The notes beneath the pieces were generated by a model. The model had not been told where the DNA came from. It was given only the letters and a program-made list of their open reading frames with translations, and searched no databases. The translations under genes were made by a program, and so were the position numbers. Positions 1-9,829 of a stretch of DNA of 64,000 bases are shown here, one piece after another (the stretch's first letter is position 1; each line of letters starts with the position of its first letter). The DNA comes from Eukaryota sp. TZLM1-RC (Eukaryota > Protista > Metamonada: BaSk clade), in NCBI GenBank assembly GCA_040285825.1, contig JAUPSS010000007.1, positions 582,501-646,500 of the forward strand. The letters are read 5' to 3'.

Positions 1-2
1 CT

Positions 3-887
3 ACATCACGCAATCTCTTCCAAACTCCTTCATCTCGTCACAAACTAAACGAAACAGCGTCCTCATTTATCCTCCAACTTGTGAAAGAACAACCTCTCCT
101 TTTTTTACGCGAAATACGTAAGCTAGTTTTTACAAAATTTCACAAGAAAGTTAGTGTAACAACTGTGCACAGATTACTTATCAAAAACAATTTTACTCAC
201 AAAAAATGTGGTAATTTGATGAGACGAGCCAAAAAAGAACTGATTCATAACTTTGAATTAAGTTTTCGAAGACTTTTTGGTGTTGTAATTCAACAACAAT
301 TATTATTTATTGACGAAGTTTCGTTTAAATCAGAACACTTTGTGAGAAAAACTTGTTGGAGCCCTAAGGGAGTTCCAATTAATACTGAAAGACCGAACTT
401 CAAGGAAGGGCAGGTGAGTCTCATGGTGGCAATTGATGTCAATGGACTAGTGATGTTTCATATAAAACAGGGTCATTTTGATCGCACAGGATATGTAAGT
501 TTTCTACAAGATTTACTGCATCATAAATTATTATCAATTGAAGGAGGAGCTAGATCAATAGTGGTTGTTGATGGATGCAATATTCATAAAAGTGCATACA
601 TTTTCAGGGCTGTAAAATTGGCTGGCTTAAAATATTTGATTTTACCACCGTATTCTCCTGATTGTAACCCAATAGAAGCGTTTTTTGGTCTGCTTAGAAG
701 AAAAGTCAGAGACAATTCGTTACACAGCCCACTGCAAGGTGTGAATCTTTTACAGCAGCTATTACGTACAATGAATTTTAATTGCAGCAATTTATTTGAC
801 CATAGTGGCTGGAAGGATTTTTGCCCATTCAGATCACCATACTTGCATGGTATAAAGGCAAACTTTTTCAAAGATCATTTGGATTGA
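3..887 (+). CDS. IS630/Tc1-type DD34E transposase (5'-partial; frame is open to the window edge)
   Basis: Motifs FIDEVSF, VVVDGCNIH and LPPYSPDCNPIEAFFG; 34 residues between the second D and the E; upstream HTH remnant VSVTTVHRLL. Confidence 0.92.
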   Translation, partial: TSRNLFQTPSSRHKLNETASSFILQLVKEQPLLFLREIRKLVFTKFHKKVSVTTVHRLLIKNNFTHKKCGNLMRRAKKELIHNFELSFRRLFGVVIQQQLLFIDEVSFKSEHFVRKTCWSPKGVPINTERPNFKEGQVSLMVAIDVNGLVMFHIKQGHFDRTGYVSFLQDLLHHKLLSIEGGARSIVVVDGCNIHKSAYIFRAVKLAGLKYLILPPYSPDCNPIEAFFGLLRRKVRDNSLHSPLQGVNLLQQLLRTMNFNCSNLFDHSGWKDFCPFRSPYLHGIKANFFKDHLD

Positions 888-998
888 ATAAAGTTTTGAT
901 TAAAAATGTATTAAAAATAAAACAGTTTTAATTGATTTTGTATTGAAAATAAAAAAAAGAACTTTTATCTTCAAAAAACCAATACTATTGTACTACTA

Positions 999-1483
999 TT
1001 AATCAGTATGCTGAGTGTCTTCCGCAGCAGCCACTCTTTTGAAAGCTTCATTTACGTCACTGGATAAGGCAGCTTCTGAACTAGTTCTTTTACCCAAGCT
1101 GATAACAAAACAATTTAACTTCTTGAGAAAAGTAGACTCAAGTACATCAAGTAATTCAAGTACTTGTTCTCTAATCTTGAATAATTGAGCGGCTGAATAT
1201 TGAGCTACCTGTTCAGCCAATTCAACCGAAAACAGATTGTTTTTTGCATCACCCAGGAAGGGTATGATGGACTCAGGAATCCTGGTGATGCTTCCCTTTC
1301 CCTCGTTGATTATCTCCAACCAAGTGTTCCACAGGTGGTCAGCAAGTACCACCTTGTGACTGTTTCAACGTCTTGGTATAGAAGACTGATGGTAGTAGCA
1401 CCAAAACGTCGAGCTCCAGAAACTAGATAGTAATAAAGTTGGATTTGTACGGAATTGGGTGTACCAGATGCAACTAAAGACAT
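999..1483 (-). CDS. Uncharacterised accessory ORF2 of the IS630/Tc1 element (main frame 999-1352; probable ATG at 1483 with a frameshift near 1352)
   Basis: Its C-terminal 69 aa align without gaps (20 identities) to the minus-strand ORF next to the second IS630 transposase at 34364+. Confidence 0.6.
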
Positions 1484-2386
1484 AATATTTATGAAAGTGA
1501 ATGAAATGTGAGGTGAATGTGAAAGAGGGAGTGATATCTATTTGAGATGAAATTCACACTAAAATTCAGGTTCAACAGGGTATTTGATCAAACAGTGTTG
1601 ACCTAAATAATAACAATAGCTAAGCTGAGACAACTGGCTCTACCATTTAGTGCCCCGACTGTAGGTGAAATGAAATCAGCTCGGATAATTTTCAAGTTTC
1701 ATGCTACCTCAGCCAACATGTCCATAAATCAATGAACGATGAGCTTGATCAAATTGGTTTTTGAATGTACACCTCGATGGAACACATTATTTAGCCTATC
1801 GATCGTGAAAAATTGAATTATATTGAATTCAAGAACTCCATTTGAAGTGATTAAAGACAGGGTTCTTTGATCTGTTTCTAATTAATTCTGATGCAGTTGA
1901 TCAATGCAATTCGATCACCTCAAGTGGTCTTCCATTGTCAGGAAGCTCAACGATGACCAGGAACTCACTCTTGACAAATATCCTATCTTTAATTTTAATA
2001 CCAGATAAAATACGTTGCTCATCTGCTTCAAATTAAAAACTATATTACAGCTTTTTGTATTGTATGTCAAGATGGAACAAAGTTAAAAACATCTTCCCTA
2101 TCTCAGGAACCCAGCACAAACCCCAAAACCGACCACAATTCCAATGGTACATCAAGTTATATTATAAGAAGAGAATCTCTTAGCATATTGAAAATTGTGA
2201 ATCTCCACCGAAATCCATTTCAATAATATGTAGAATTTTCGGTAATTTGCATCAAACCTTTTTTTTCAATTTATATCTAGATTAATTCAGATAGTGAAGG
2301 TGTAATAAAAAAGGGATATCAACATTCTTCCCGTCAACCATAACAACAAAAACTGAAAACAAAAACCACTAGATAACACAATTTAT

Positions 2387-4660
2387 TTAACAATCAAATC
2401 CTATACATTTATACCGAACAATTTCATGAGCCAAATCAGAGAAAAATGGTGACAAATCAGAAATTTCAAACATAGCATCACGAACTGCTTGTAATCCAAC
2501 ACTTGAAACCAATTTTAAAAAAGGTCTTTTCAACTCAAATGGCATCGAGCCAACTAAATCAACCACATCTGCAGGACTAGTATCTTCGTTTATACGGAAA
2601 TACTTTTTAATAGCTACATTTAAGCAAATTAAAGTTTCCTTCAAGTGCAAAGTGTGCGCAAAGACTCGCGCTAATTGTAGCCATGAATACAAAGAAAATG
2701 CCAAGCCAGTACACGTTCGGTACCCAAACACAGCCTCGTTAAAGTAGGAAAGTCGCAAGGAAACGTTAGCCCGTTCCAACCATAAATCTAGAGAGTTTTG
2801 GTCAAGTGTAAGAGCTCCAAGGTCTTTGGAATTCAATTGACCAGAGCCAATTCCATCAGAATTTTGAGCTCTTTCCGAAATGGTGTGGTCATAAGCCTCC
2901 CTTCGACCACATTCCTCTACTCTCCAATCATTGTAGATCTTAATGTCATGAAGAACAGTCGAAATGACATACTTCAACATTTTTGATGGAGAAATTGGTA
3001 AGTCATGTTCAAAATCAAGGTCAAATTGACTATAGTCGAATAGTTTTTCTTCATCAGTCTTTGGAGTTTCTGACTGGGAAACTTCAATCAAATCAAGATC
3101 AAACCCTGTAAATACACTTTCCAATAATGATTTGAAACCAACAAGGCCGAGCGAATGAATTAACTTGATAAGATTATCAAATATAGCTCGTTGATGCGAC
3201 TTCAACTCAAAAGACATTACACTCTCAGATTCCCTGTGTAACTTAATTTCACCAATCAAATCAGAATATAATTTGATTGGCGAACTGATTGAAGAAGGTG
3301 ACGTAAGATTGACATCATCGACATTGATTTCAATCAAATTAGAGTAGAATGGGCTAAAATCATCAAATAGACCCAATTCTAATTGATCAAGTTTAACATT
3401 ATTTAGTAAAACCAAAGCTTTTTCTGGTTTCCCGATCAAACATAAAGTTTTTGATAAAAATAAAGTGATGAATAGAGAGTTTCTATGGAAGTTGTTGGAA
3501 AATAAGGATTGTGCGATAGCAAAGGCCTTTTCAAAACAATCAGAGATTTCAAGACTATCATCTTTTTGACCTTCTTCCTCTGCTTTTTGAGTCACTTCAG
3601 CTCCATCTTTTTGGCCAACTTCCTCTTCCTTTTGACCTTCTTCTTCTTGTTGTTGTAGATTTTCTTCCTCTTCCTTTTGAGTCACTTCAGCTCCATCTTT
3701 TTGGCCAACTTCCTCTTCCTTTTGACCTTCTTCTTCTTCTTTTTGAGCTCTTTCCTTTTTCAATCGGTACTGTTGATTGAGAAGAGCACCATGATGATCC
3801 AGCAATGCCGATCCAACAAAAGCTTTTAAATAAATATATTCATCACCAATATCCAACATATTATCAAGTAAAAACTTAAAAGCTTCCTTGGGTCTATTAA
3901 TTGATTGGTAGAGTTTGAAAATGTAAACATTAGCAGCGGGATAAGTCTTGGAAATGGAGTAAAAAACTTCCAAAGCAGCAGAAATCCTGAATGAATTAGA
4001 GAAATAACGATAAAGATAAGTAAATACTGGATGATTACAATCTACAACCTGGTCTTCCTTTTTCCATTGACCAATCTTGACCAAATCTTGAATGTTATCC
4101 TTAATCAACTTAACCAGCTGTGCTTCGTATTTATAACCATAATAAAGCAACTCAGCACTATAAACATCATGGGGCATGGATTTGCGGCAGAATGAAGCAA
4201 TAGAAGCTTCTTTCCACTGCTGGTCAGTTGGTTCCGAGACTTCTAAAGAATCCACGTGTACTGCCTGGAAACTTGTTGACCCGGGAACTTGGATAATGAC
4301 GCGGAGGTCCACACGGGAAATAGGGTTGTAGATACAGACGACCACCTTGCCTATGCGGTACTCTCCTCTGTAAGTGATGGGAGCGGGCTCTTGTGTGCAG
4401 AGGAGAGAGTGGACGTGAGAGCAGATGTAGGGGGCGTCAATGTGGAGACCGAGGACGGAGTGATGGTAGATTTGAGTGGGAATGTTTCCGAGAACAGTGG
4501 ACAGGAGACCCTTGCGCTCATAGAATTTCTCCGTGACAATAGTGTCGTGAAGACCTAGGCCAGTGGGCTCGGATGCAAGTGACTTCGTCCGAGCGGCAAG
4601 GAAAGAATCCATGTCACAGTTCTCAACCGTTTCAATGACTTGAGCAAAAGATTCAGACAT
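2387..4660 (-). CDS. ChAPs-family (Chs5-Arf1-binding, Bch1/Bud7-like) exomer cargo adaptor, TPR-like
   Basis: 757-aa intact ORF with the ChAPs-like N-terminus (FLAART..LGLHD, CIYNPISRVDLRVIIQVPG, WKEASIASFCR) and the C-terminal WLERANVSLRLSYFNEAVFGYRTC helix pair. Confidence 0.78.
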   Translation of the reverse strand: MSESFAQVIETVENCDMDSFLAARTKSLASEPTGLGLHDTIVTEKFYERKGLLSTVLGNIPTQIYHHSVLGLHIDAPYICSHVHSLLCTQEPAPITYRGEYRIGKVVVCIYNPISRVDLRVIIQVPGSTSFQAVHVDSLEVSEPTDQQWKEASIASFCRKSMPHDVYSAELLYYGYKYEAQLVKLIKDNIQDLVKIGQWKKEDQVVDCNHPVFTYLYRYFSNSFRISAALEVFYSISKTYPAANVYIFKLYQSINRPKEAFKFLLDNMLDIGDEYIYLKAFVGSALLDHHGALLNQQYRLKKERAQKEEEEGQKEEEVGQKDGAEVTQKEEEENLQQQEEEGQKEEEVGQKDGAEVTQKAEEEGQKDDSLEISDCFEKAFAIAQSLFSNNFHRNSLFITLFLSKTLCLIGKPEKALVLLNNVKLDQLELGLFDDFSPFYSNLIEINVDDVNLTSPSSISSPIKLYSDLIGEIKLHRESESVMSFELKSHQRAIFDNLIKLIHSLGLVGFKSLLESVFTGFDLDLIEVSQSETPKTDEEKLFDYSQFDLDFEHDLPISPSKMLKYVISTVLHDIKIYNDWRVEECGRREAYDHTISERAQNSDGIGSGQLNSKDLGALTLDQNSLDLWLERANVSLRLSYFNEAVFGYRTCTGLAFSLYSWLQLARVFAHTLHLKETLICLNVAIKKYFRINEDTSPADVVDLVGSMPFELKRPFLKLVSSVGLQAVRDAMFEISDLSPFFSDLAHEIVRYKCIGFDC
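3562..3745 (-). repeat. Coding tandem duplication with a 90-bp period (EEEGQKEEEVGQKDGAEVTQK x2) inside the ChAPs gene
   Basis: GTCACTTCAGCTCCATCTTTTTGGCCAACTTCCTCTTCCTTTTGACC occurs at 3591 and 3681. Confidence 0.9.
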
Positions 4661-4707
4661 CAGCTAATAGGACAAAAAAGAGGTAATCTGTTTAGATTAA
4701 TGGAAAT

Positions 4708-5283
4708 CAAGATTTTGTAGAGGAAATCTTGGTTTAATGATAGTCGTCCCATTAGTTATGATTTAATTTAATCAAGTGTGCAAATTCAATAAATTAATAA
4801 TTAATGGATGATGCTGGATGAAAAAAGTTTGGTGTTTTGGAAATTTATAACATTGTACCACGAAGATTTGAATTGTGTGCCACTGATGAAGCATTTTTTA
4901 ACAAAAATGAGATTATATTTGAACATCCCCATAGAAAATATGATAAAGATATTGAAGAGGCTAATGTCGATAGAAATACACAGCTGGTTTTTATTGCTTT
5001 CCCATTTTCGATAAATGGAAGATTATCAGTTGACGCAGAAACTTTTTTGGATGACTTCCAAAAAATGGTGCAAGAAAAGACAATGAAAAGATTTGATATT
5101 TTTTTATGGCGTTCACGGATTCAATTTGCCATTATTAATAGATTACCACGGTTTTTCAATCGAATCAGAGAAGCTTTAGCTAGACAGCAAGCAGATCAAG
5201 ATTTTGCAGAGGAAATCTTGGTTCAATGATAGTCGTCCCATTAGTTATGAATTAATTTAATTAAGTGTGCAAATTCAATAAAC
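4708..5283 (+). mobile_element. Two head-to-tail 3' fragments of CRE-like non-LTR family A (the second internally deleted)
   Basis: The 3' end GAGGAAATCTTGGTT.AATGATAGTCGTCCCATTAGTTATGA...AAGTGTGCAAATTCAATAAA occurs at ~4720-4795 and ~5210-5283. RLE tail KYDKDIEEAN...FPFSINGRLS is present. Confidence 0.8.
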
Positions 5284-5590
5284 AAAAATTTATGAAAAAT
5301 TTATCAAACTTTACAAAATAACTTTGAATCTGAATATTTTCATTTCCAAGAATAGTGAAGACTCAGAAACAACTTGACCAGCACAAAATTACCACACTAT
5401 GCTCTGGGAGGAAAATAAGCAAAAGATCAGTTTGAAACTTTATTTTCAGTTAAAACTATTCTAATAAAGACCAACTAAAAGTGTTTCTTTTAAATTTGTT
5501 ATTTGATTTATTAAATTGTTTTGAATTGATTTTTATTAAATAATTTATTTATTTACTGTTTACAATTGCCAAACTCAATCATATAATACA

Positions 5591-6187
5591 TTAATCGTCT
5601 TCCACTTCCTTTTTTTCTGCTATATAACAATAGAAATTCCCAGAATCCTCCCTTGGGATCTCCACCACTTCAACCTTCCACTTTTTCTGTGAAAACAAAG
5701 GAGTTCTCTCGCCAGGTTCAACAAAACTCAAAGAGATAAAGATTCCATTTGGGGAAAGCAAGGAATGAATGTTTGATAGGATTAATGGTGCAGTTTCAGA
5801 AGCTCTTGATGAGCAGAATTGTGAATCTAACATGGCCTTATCTATAGCAACATCATAAGATTCTCTTGCAAGATCATTAAAAGGGGATTTCAGATCAACT
5901 TGTCGGAAGGTGATGTTTCTGGCGTGTTTTTGTTCCTTTAGCGTTGATATACATGTTGAGGAGTAGTCAATGGCTGCAATGGAAGTGTAGCCGGCTTTGT
6001 AAAGTTGGAAGGGAAGTCTACTGAGACCAGTGCCTGTGATCAGAATGTTACTCTGTTTACTGGGAATCTTTTGGGTCAGTGTTTCACGAAAAGTGTTGTT
6101 GTTTGTGTAGTCTAAAAGCCAATCAAAGAGAGAAGGATCTTTAGAGTATCTGCGATTCCAATATTGTACATCAGAGTAGTCAAGCAT
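5591..6187 (-). CDS. Class I SAM-dependent methyltransferase, EEF1AKMT4/METTL13-N-like
   Basis: YSDVQYWNRRY...FDW, ILITGTGLS (motif I), IDYS, YDVAIDKAMLD, LLSPNGIFISLS. Confidence 0.85.
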   Translation of the reverse strand: MLDYSDVQYWNRRYSKDPSLFDWLLDYTNNNTFRETLTQKIPSKQSNILITGTGLSRLPFQLYKAGYTSIAAIDYSSTCISTLKEQKHARNITFRQVDLKSPFNDLARESYDVAIDKAMLDSQFCSSRASETAPLILSNIHSLLSPNGIFISLSFVEPGERTPLFSQKKWKVEVVEIPREDSGNFYCYIAEKKEVEDD

Positions 6188-6569
6188 TGAAGTATTGGTT
6201 TGTGTATTGGAGAGAAATCTTTGGTTGTAGGTTGATAGAATCTGTTCTTTTTCTGCATATAAACCTCTCAGATTCCAAAATTAATTTATTTGAACAATAA
6301 GAATTAAATTCCTCGAACTGTATTTCACCATTGACAACTTATTTGTAACAATTTGTTCATTTAATTGTCCAAGCGATAACCCTGAACTCACAAATTATCT
6401 GAAATTTTGGAAAATTCTTGGAAACATTTCAAAAAGTTCTGTTGCTGTTTCAGTAACATCAATTTATTTTTACTTCATGATTTCCAGCCATGTTTTTCAT
6501 TATCTGGACAAGATGGCTAATTGTTTTTTTTATTTATTTATTTATTTTTAAAACTGGAATAATTATTGA

Positions 6570-7964
6570 GATAAAAAACATCTAGAATTCAATATCCTCC
6601 AAACAAGCGTCACTATTACTGAACCTACTCACAGCATTACGTTCATATTCTACACCAATAGATTCTCCAGTAGAGAGGAAAAACCTTATCACATTTCTCC
6701 TGTTTCAACCACTGTAGGCCCTGGATATTTTCCCATTGATACAAGAATACTATGGGGAATTGTTAAACAAACACTGATGGATGATTTATTATCTACAGAG
6801 ACGCTGAAAATGTCCAATACATTAGCCCAAATTACGAAATTCAAACCACCTCAGCAATTTGACTTTTGGTCTAATATTCTCGATTTAAATCAACCAATGT
6901 TCAAACAGAAGAGTTATAAATTCAACAACATTATCCACACAGATGGATTTAAAATTGCGGTAGAATTTGTTCGTCGGGATTTACAAGGTCAGAAGTGTAA
7001 GCCAGACAACAAGGCCAGTGTTTCTGATTTATATATTGATGATGTTGATTTTGATACTTTACAAGACAAACGAATTGTTATTTGTGATCCGGAAAACGTG
7101 ATTTATTGTATTTTGGGAGTAAAAAGACTGATGAAGAACTAGCCATGGTTCCTCAGAATGAAACCGAACAGCAAAGAAATAGTCGGGTGATGAATCAAGA
7201 CAAGAAGTACAAATGGTTAAGAATGACTCAGATGTCCTGGTCTTTGAAAAGTAAGATGAATGAAAAGCAAAAACGATGGGGGACAAAGTATACTGAGGTA
7301 GATTACGACAGGAACCAGATGATAGAGTCTTACGAAATGACAATTGAAGATGCAAACACCGAATTATCTGCGTTTGCTGCCAATTCAGCAACTTTTATAG
7401 ATTTTTCCAACTTTGTGGTTGCCAAACTTCGGCAAGTTTTTTTTGACAATCGACTTTTATAGTCTTGACTTGTGGAGCATTCATAAAATGCAAGCTTTTA
7501 TTCACAAGCAAAGGACTGAAAGTTGGTTGTTAAAAAGCCTTGTTCAGCAGTTTGGCAATCCAAAAGACACTTTAATACTAATGGGTGATTATGGTAAAAA
7601 AGGTTCCAAGAATTTAAAACATCAGAGACCTACTCGAGGCATTGGATGGATTCAATTTCTGAAAAGAAATGGTTTTGAAGTCTTGATGATTAATGAAGCT
7701 TTGACTTCAGCAAAATGTCCTGTTTGTTTTGAAAAGGTTGCTACGTTTTTGAGAGTCGCAAATCCCAGATTCTATAGAAGAGAAAAGACTCCAGTTACTA
7801 CATGTCATGGTTTATTAGCTTGTAACAGTGAGAGTTGCAAACTCTGTAACAAAGGCTCAACAAAGCTCTTCAATAGAAATAAGCTGGCTTGTCTGAATAT
7901 GTTTGCAATTGCTGAAGCGAGGATGAGTGGTAATGAAAGGCCTCAGTATCTGTGTAGTAGATAG
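6570..7964 (+). pseudogene. Fanzor1 (eukaryotic TnpB homolog, RuvC RNA-guided nuclease), 5'-truncated, with two 1-nt frameshifts
   Basis: Frame is open from 6570 (KPYHISPVSTTVGPGYFPIDTRIL ... IIHTDG). Adding one G at ~7091 restores DPGKRDLLY (RuvC-I), and removing one T from the T8 run at ~7437-7444 joins the next frame. Then MGDYG..PTRGIG, INEALTSAKCPVC (RuvC-II, Zn), HGLLACxxxxC, FNRNKLACLNM (RuvC-III D replaced by N) and GNERPQYL. Confidence 0.88.
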
Positions 7965-8024
7965 TGATTGTAATTATTCCACACAAAAAAATTGATCGTG
8001 TATTTATGGGAATTTCCCACTCAA

Positions 8025-9289
8025 ATGTCAACGTTTTTGCATGATGGCAACACAATCTACACAATCTCTATGAGTCAAAGCTCCTATCCGATCACACCAT
8101 CACTCACAACAATGTTTGTTTCAAGCTTCATCAATGTATTCTGGCGAACCACTCTGGCTTTTTCCACAAGCTTTTCACCCAACAAGAATCAAAACAAGTC
8201 CCGAAAGAACAAGATCTCAGCGATCTCAATGTAACGTCACCCATCTTTGAATCATTCATTCAATCTTTTTATAGTTTTCCACTCGATATTACTCATGAAA
8301 ACTGCTATCAATTATTCTACTGTGCCAGACACTTTGAAGTAGCCTTATTGAAAGACAAATGCCTCAATCTCATGAAGGAAAACATTTCTTCAGCTAATTG
8401 GACCCTGAATGTCCTACTACAGGCCCAGAAAAGAGGAGACAAGGATGTATTCGTGGAGCTGAATGGAACAAACACAGATACTAATGTTGAACAATCATTA
8501 ACTCACATTGTAACCTCAGTGGATAACATTCAGGATGCTGAACCAATCATGCTGAAGCCCTCTACATTCCCTTTACTAACAACAGCAGCACAGGAAAGCA
8601 GAGAAGTATGTTTTTGGTTAGTAAAAAGCTTTGTTATTTCATACACCAAGAATTCATCTCAATGGACACTAAAAGAAGTTGAGGATCTTATCAACTCGTT
8701 TTGTGTGGAGTACTTACATCCTAAAACATGGTCAGAGATACTGTTAGAGCCTCTGAAGGAACACAAGAAGCTTGAGTTAGTTTTGATGAAGTTTTCATGT
8801 GTGAATTTACTACCAAAGTTGTTGGAATTGGTTAATCATAATGGGGAAGTTGTCGATGGAAGTAATTGTTTTAATACAAAACAAAGTGGTTCTGGTATGG
8901 CGTTCTCAGAAGGTAATAGAATGGTTTTAAACAATTGTTGCAATAGTTGGGCACATTGTAATTTTGCAGCAATAGATTTCAATCCTAAGAACTTCAAAAT
9001 TGCAATTAAAAGGACTAGATTATGTTATGATTGGGATTCTATAGGGTTTTGGACAATGGATGGTATTATGAATGGCTACCAGAACAGTGATTGGTATGAT
9101 ACTAATGGTGGAGGCTCTTTCCTTACTACCCAAATGAACCAAGAGGACATTCTTTACGTCAATATTGACAACAATCAAGTTACATTTAGCTTAAATGGAA
9201 GTAGTGATACCAAACATATTCCTTCTGGTACTGTATTCGGTATATGGACAAGGTATAAGGGTAATGAGTACTCAATTGTAGATTATTAG
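8025..9289 (+). CDS. BTB/POZ-domain protein with a C-terminal beta-rich domain (1-nt frameshift near 8045)
   Basis: The 8348-9289 frame is open back to 8045 and encodes SDHTITHNNVCFKLHQCILANHSGFFHKLF...FESFIQSFYSFPLDITHENCYQLFYCARHFEVALLKDKC (BTB). The ATG at 8025 is one base out of frame. Confidence 0.8.
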
Positions 9290-9829
9290 TAACCAATACC
9301 ATGTTGCTTTCAAAGATTTACTTTTTAAATGAAGTATGTTGATTTAAGAAAAATTTGAACAAATAACAGGAAAGAAGTTTCTCCTTCAAAACTGGAAAAG
9401 TATTCAAGTAGTTTTCAACTCTATTTTAACTAAGTCTATTGATACTGTTGTGCTTTCAAAATAATTTGTCAACCACAATTTGGTAGTATTTGGTCAATCA
9501 ACAATTGCTGAAGTCATAGTTGGTAGTCATCTCTTTATGGCAAAATGGAATTCATAGATGGTGATGAAATTGAAATAATAACTTCTAGTAAAAGTCATTT
9601 TTTGTAAGTTTAAAAGACAGAGATCCGAACGGAAGTGTAAAATAAACTTAGCCATCATATTATGTTTCTTCAAAAAGTACTGTTTTACAATGGTTAACAT
9701 GAACAATCGTGACGCAATTGATTTTGCGTTATCTATCAAGTAAATTAATTTGGAAATTCAGAAATCGTGATGATTGTCTTGTCAGTGTTTATCTTCCTAG
9801 TGGAATAGTTTGTTTCTGAATTAAACATT

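Larger units (their letters stand above)
1..1661 (+). mobile_element. IS630/Tc1-mariner DNA transposon (5' end outside window) carrying a transposase and a convergent second ORF
   Basis: DD34E transposase at <3-887 and ORF2 on the minus strand. The right end reads ...TTTAGTGCCCCGACTG|TA (1661|1662-1663), i.e. a CAGT-starting terminus followed by TA, as typical for this superfamily. The left TIR is not visible. Confidence 0.75.

Noticed and set aside
1664-2380. Possible hAT fragment (CTPRWNTLF resembles TRWNS)
   Set aside because: A single short motif in stop-riddled sequence; no other hAT motifs could be recovered.
4289-4558. Short ORFs overlapping ChAPs, ATG9, CCT5, Aurora, pol, hAT and NhaC on other frames or strands
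   Set aside because: Shadow ORFs of well-supported genes, with no independent motifs.
6540-7995. Fanzor as a CRE-mediated processed pseudogene (5' truncation plus A-run at 7985-7991)
   Set aside because: No target-site duplication was found, and the A-run is short for such an AT-rich genome.
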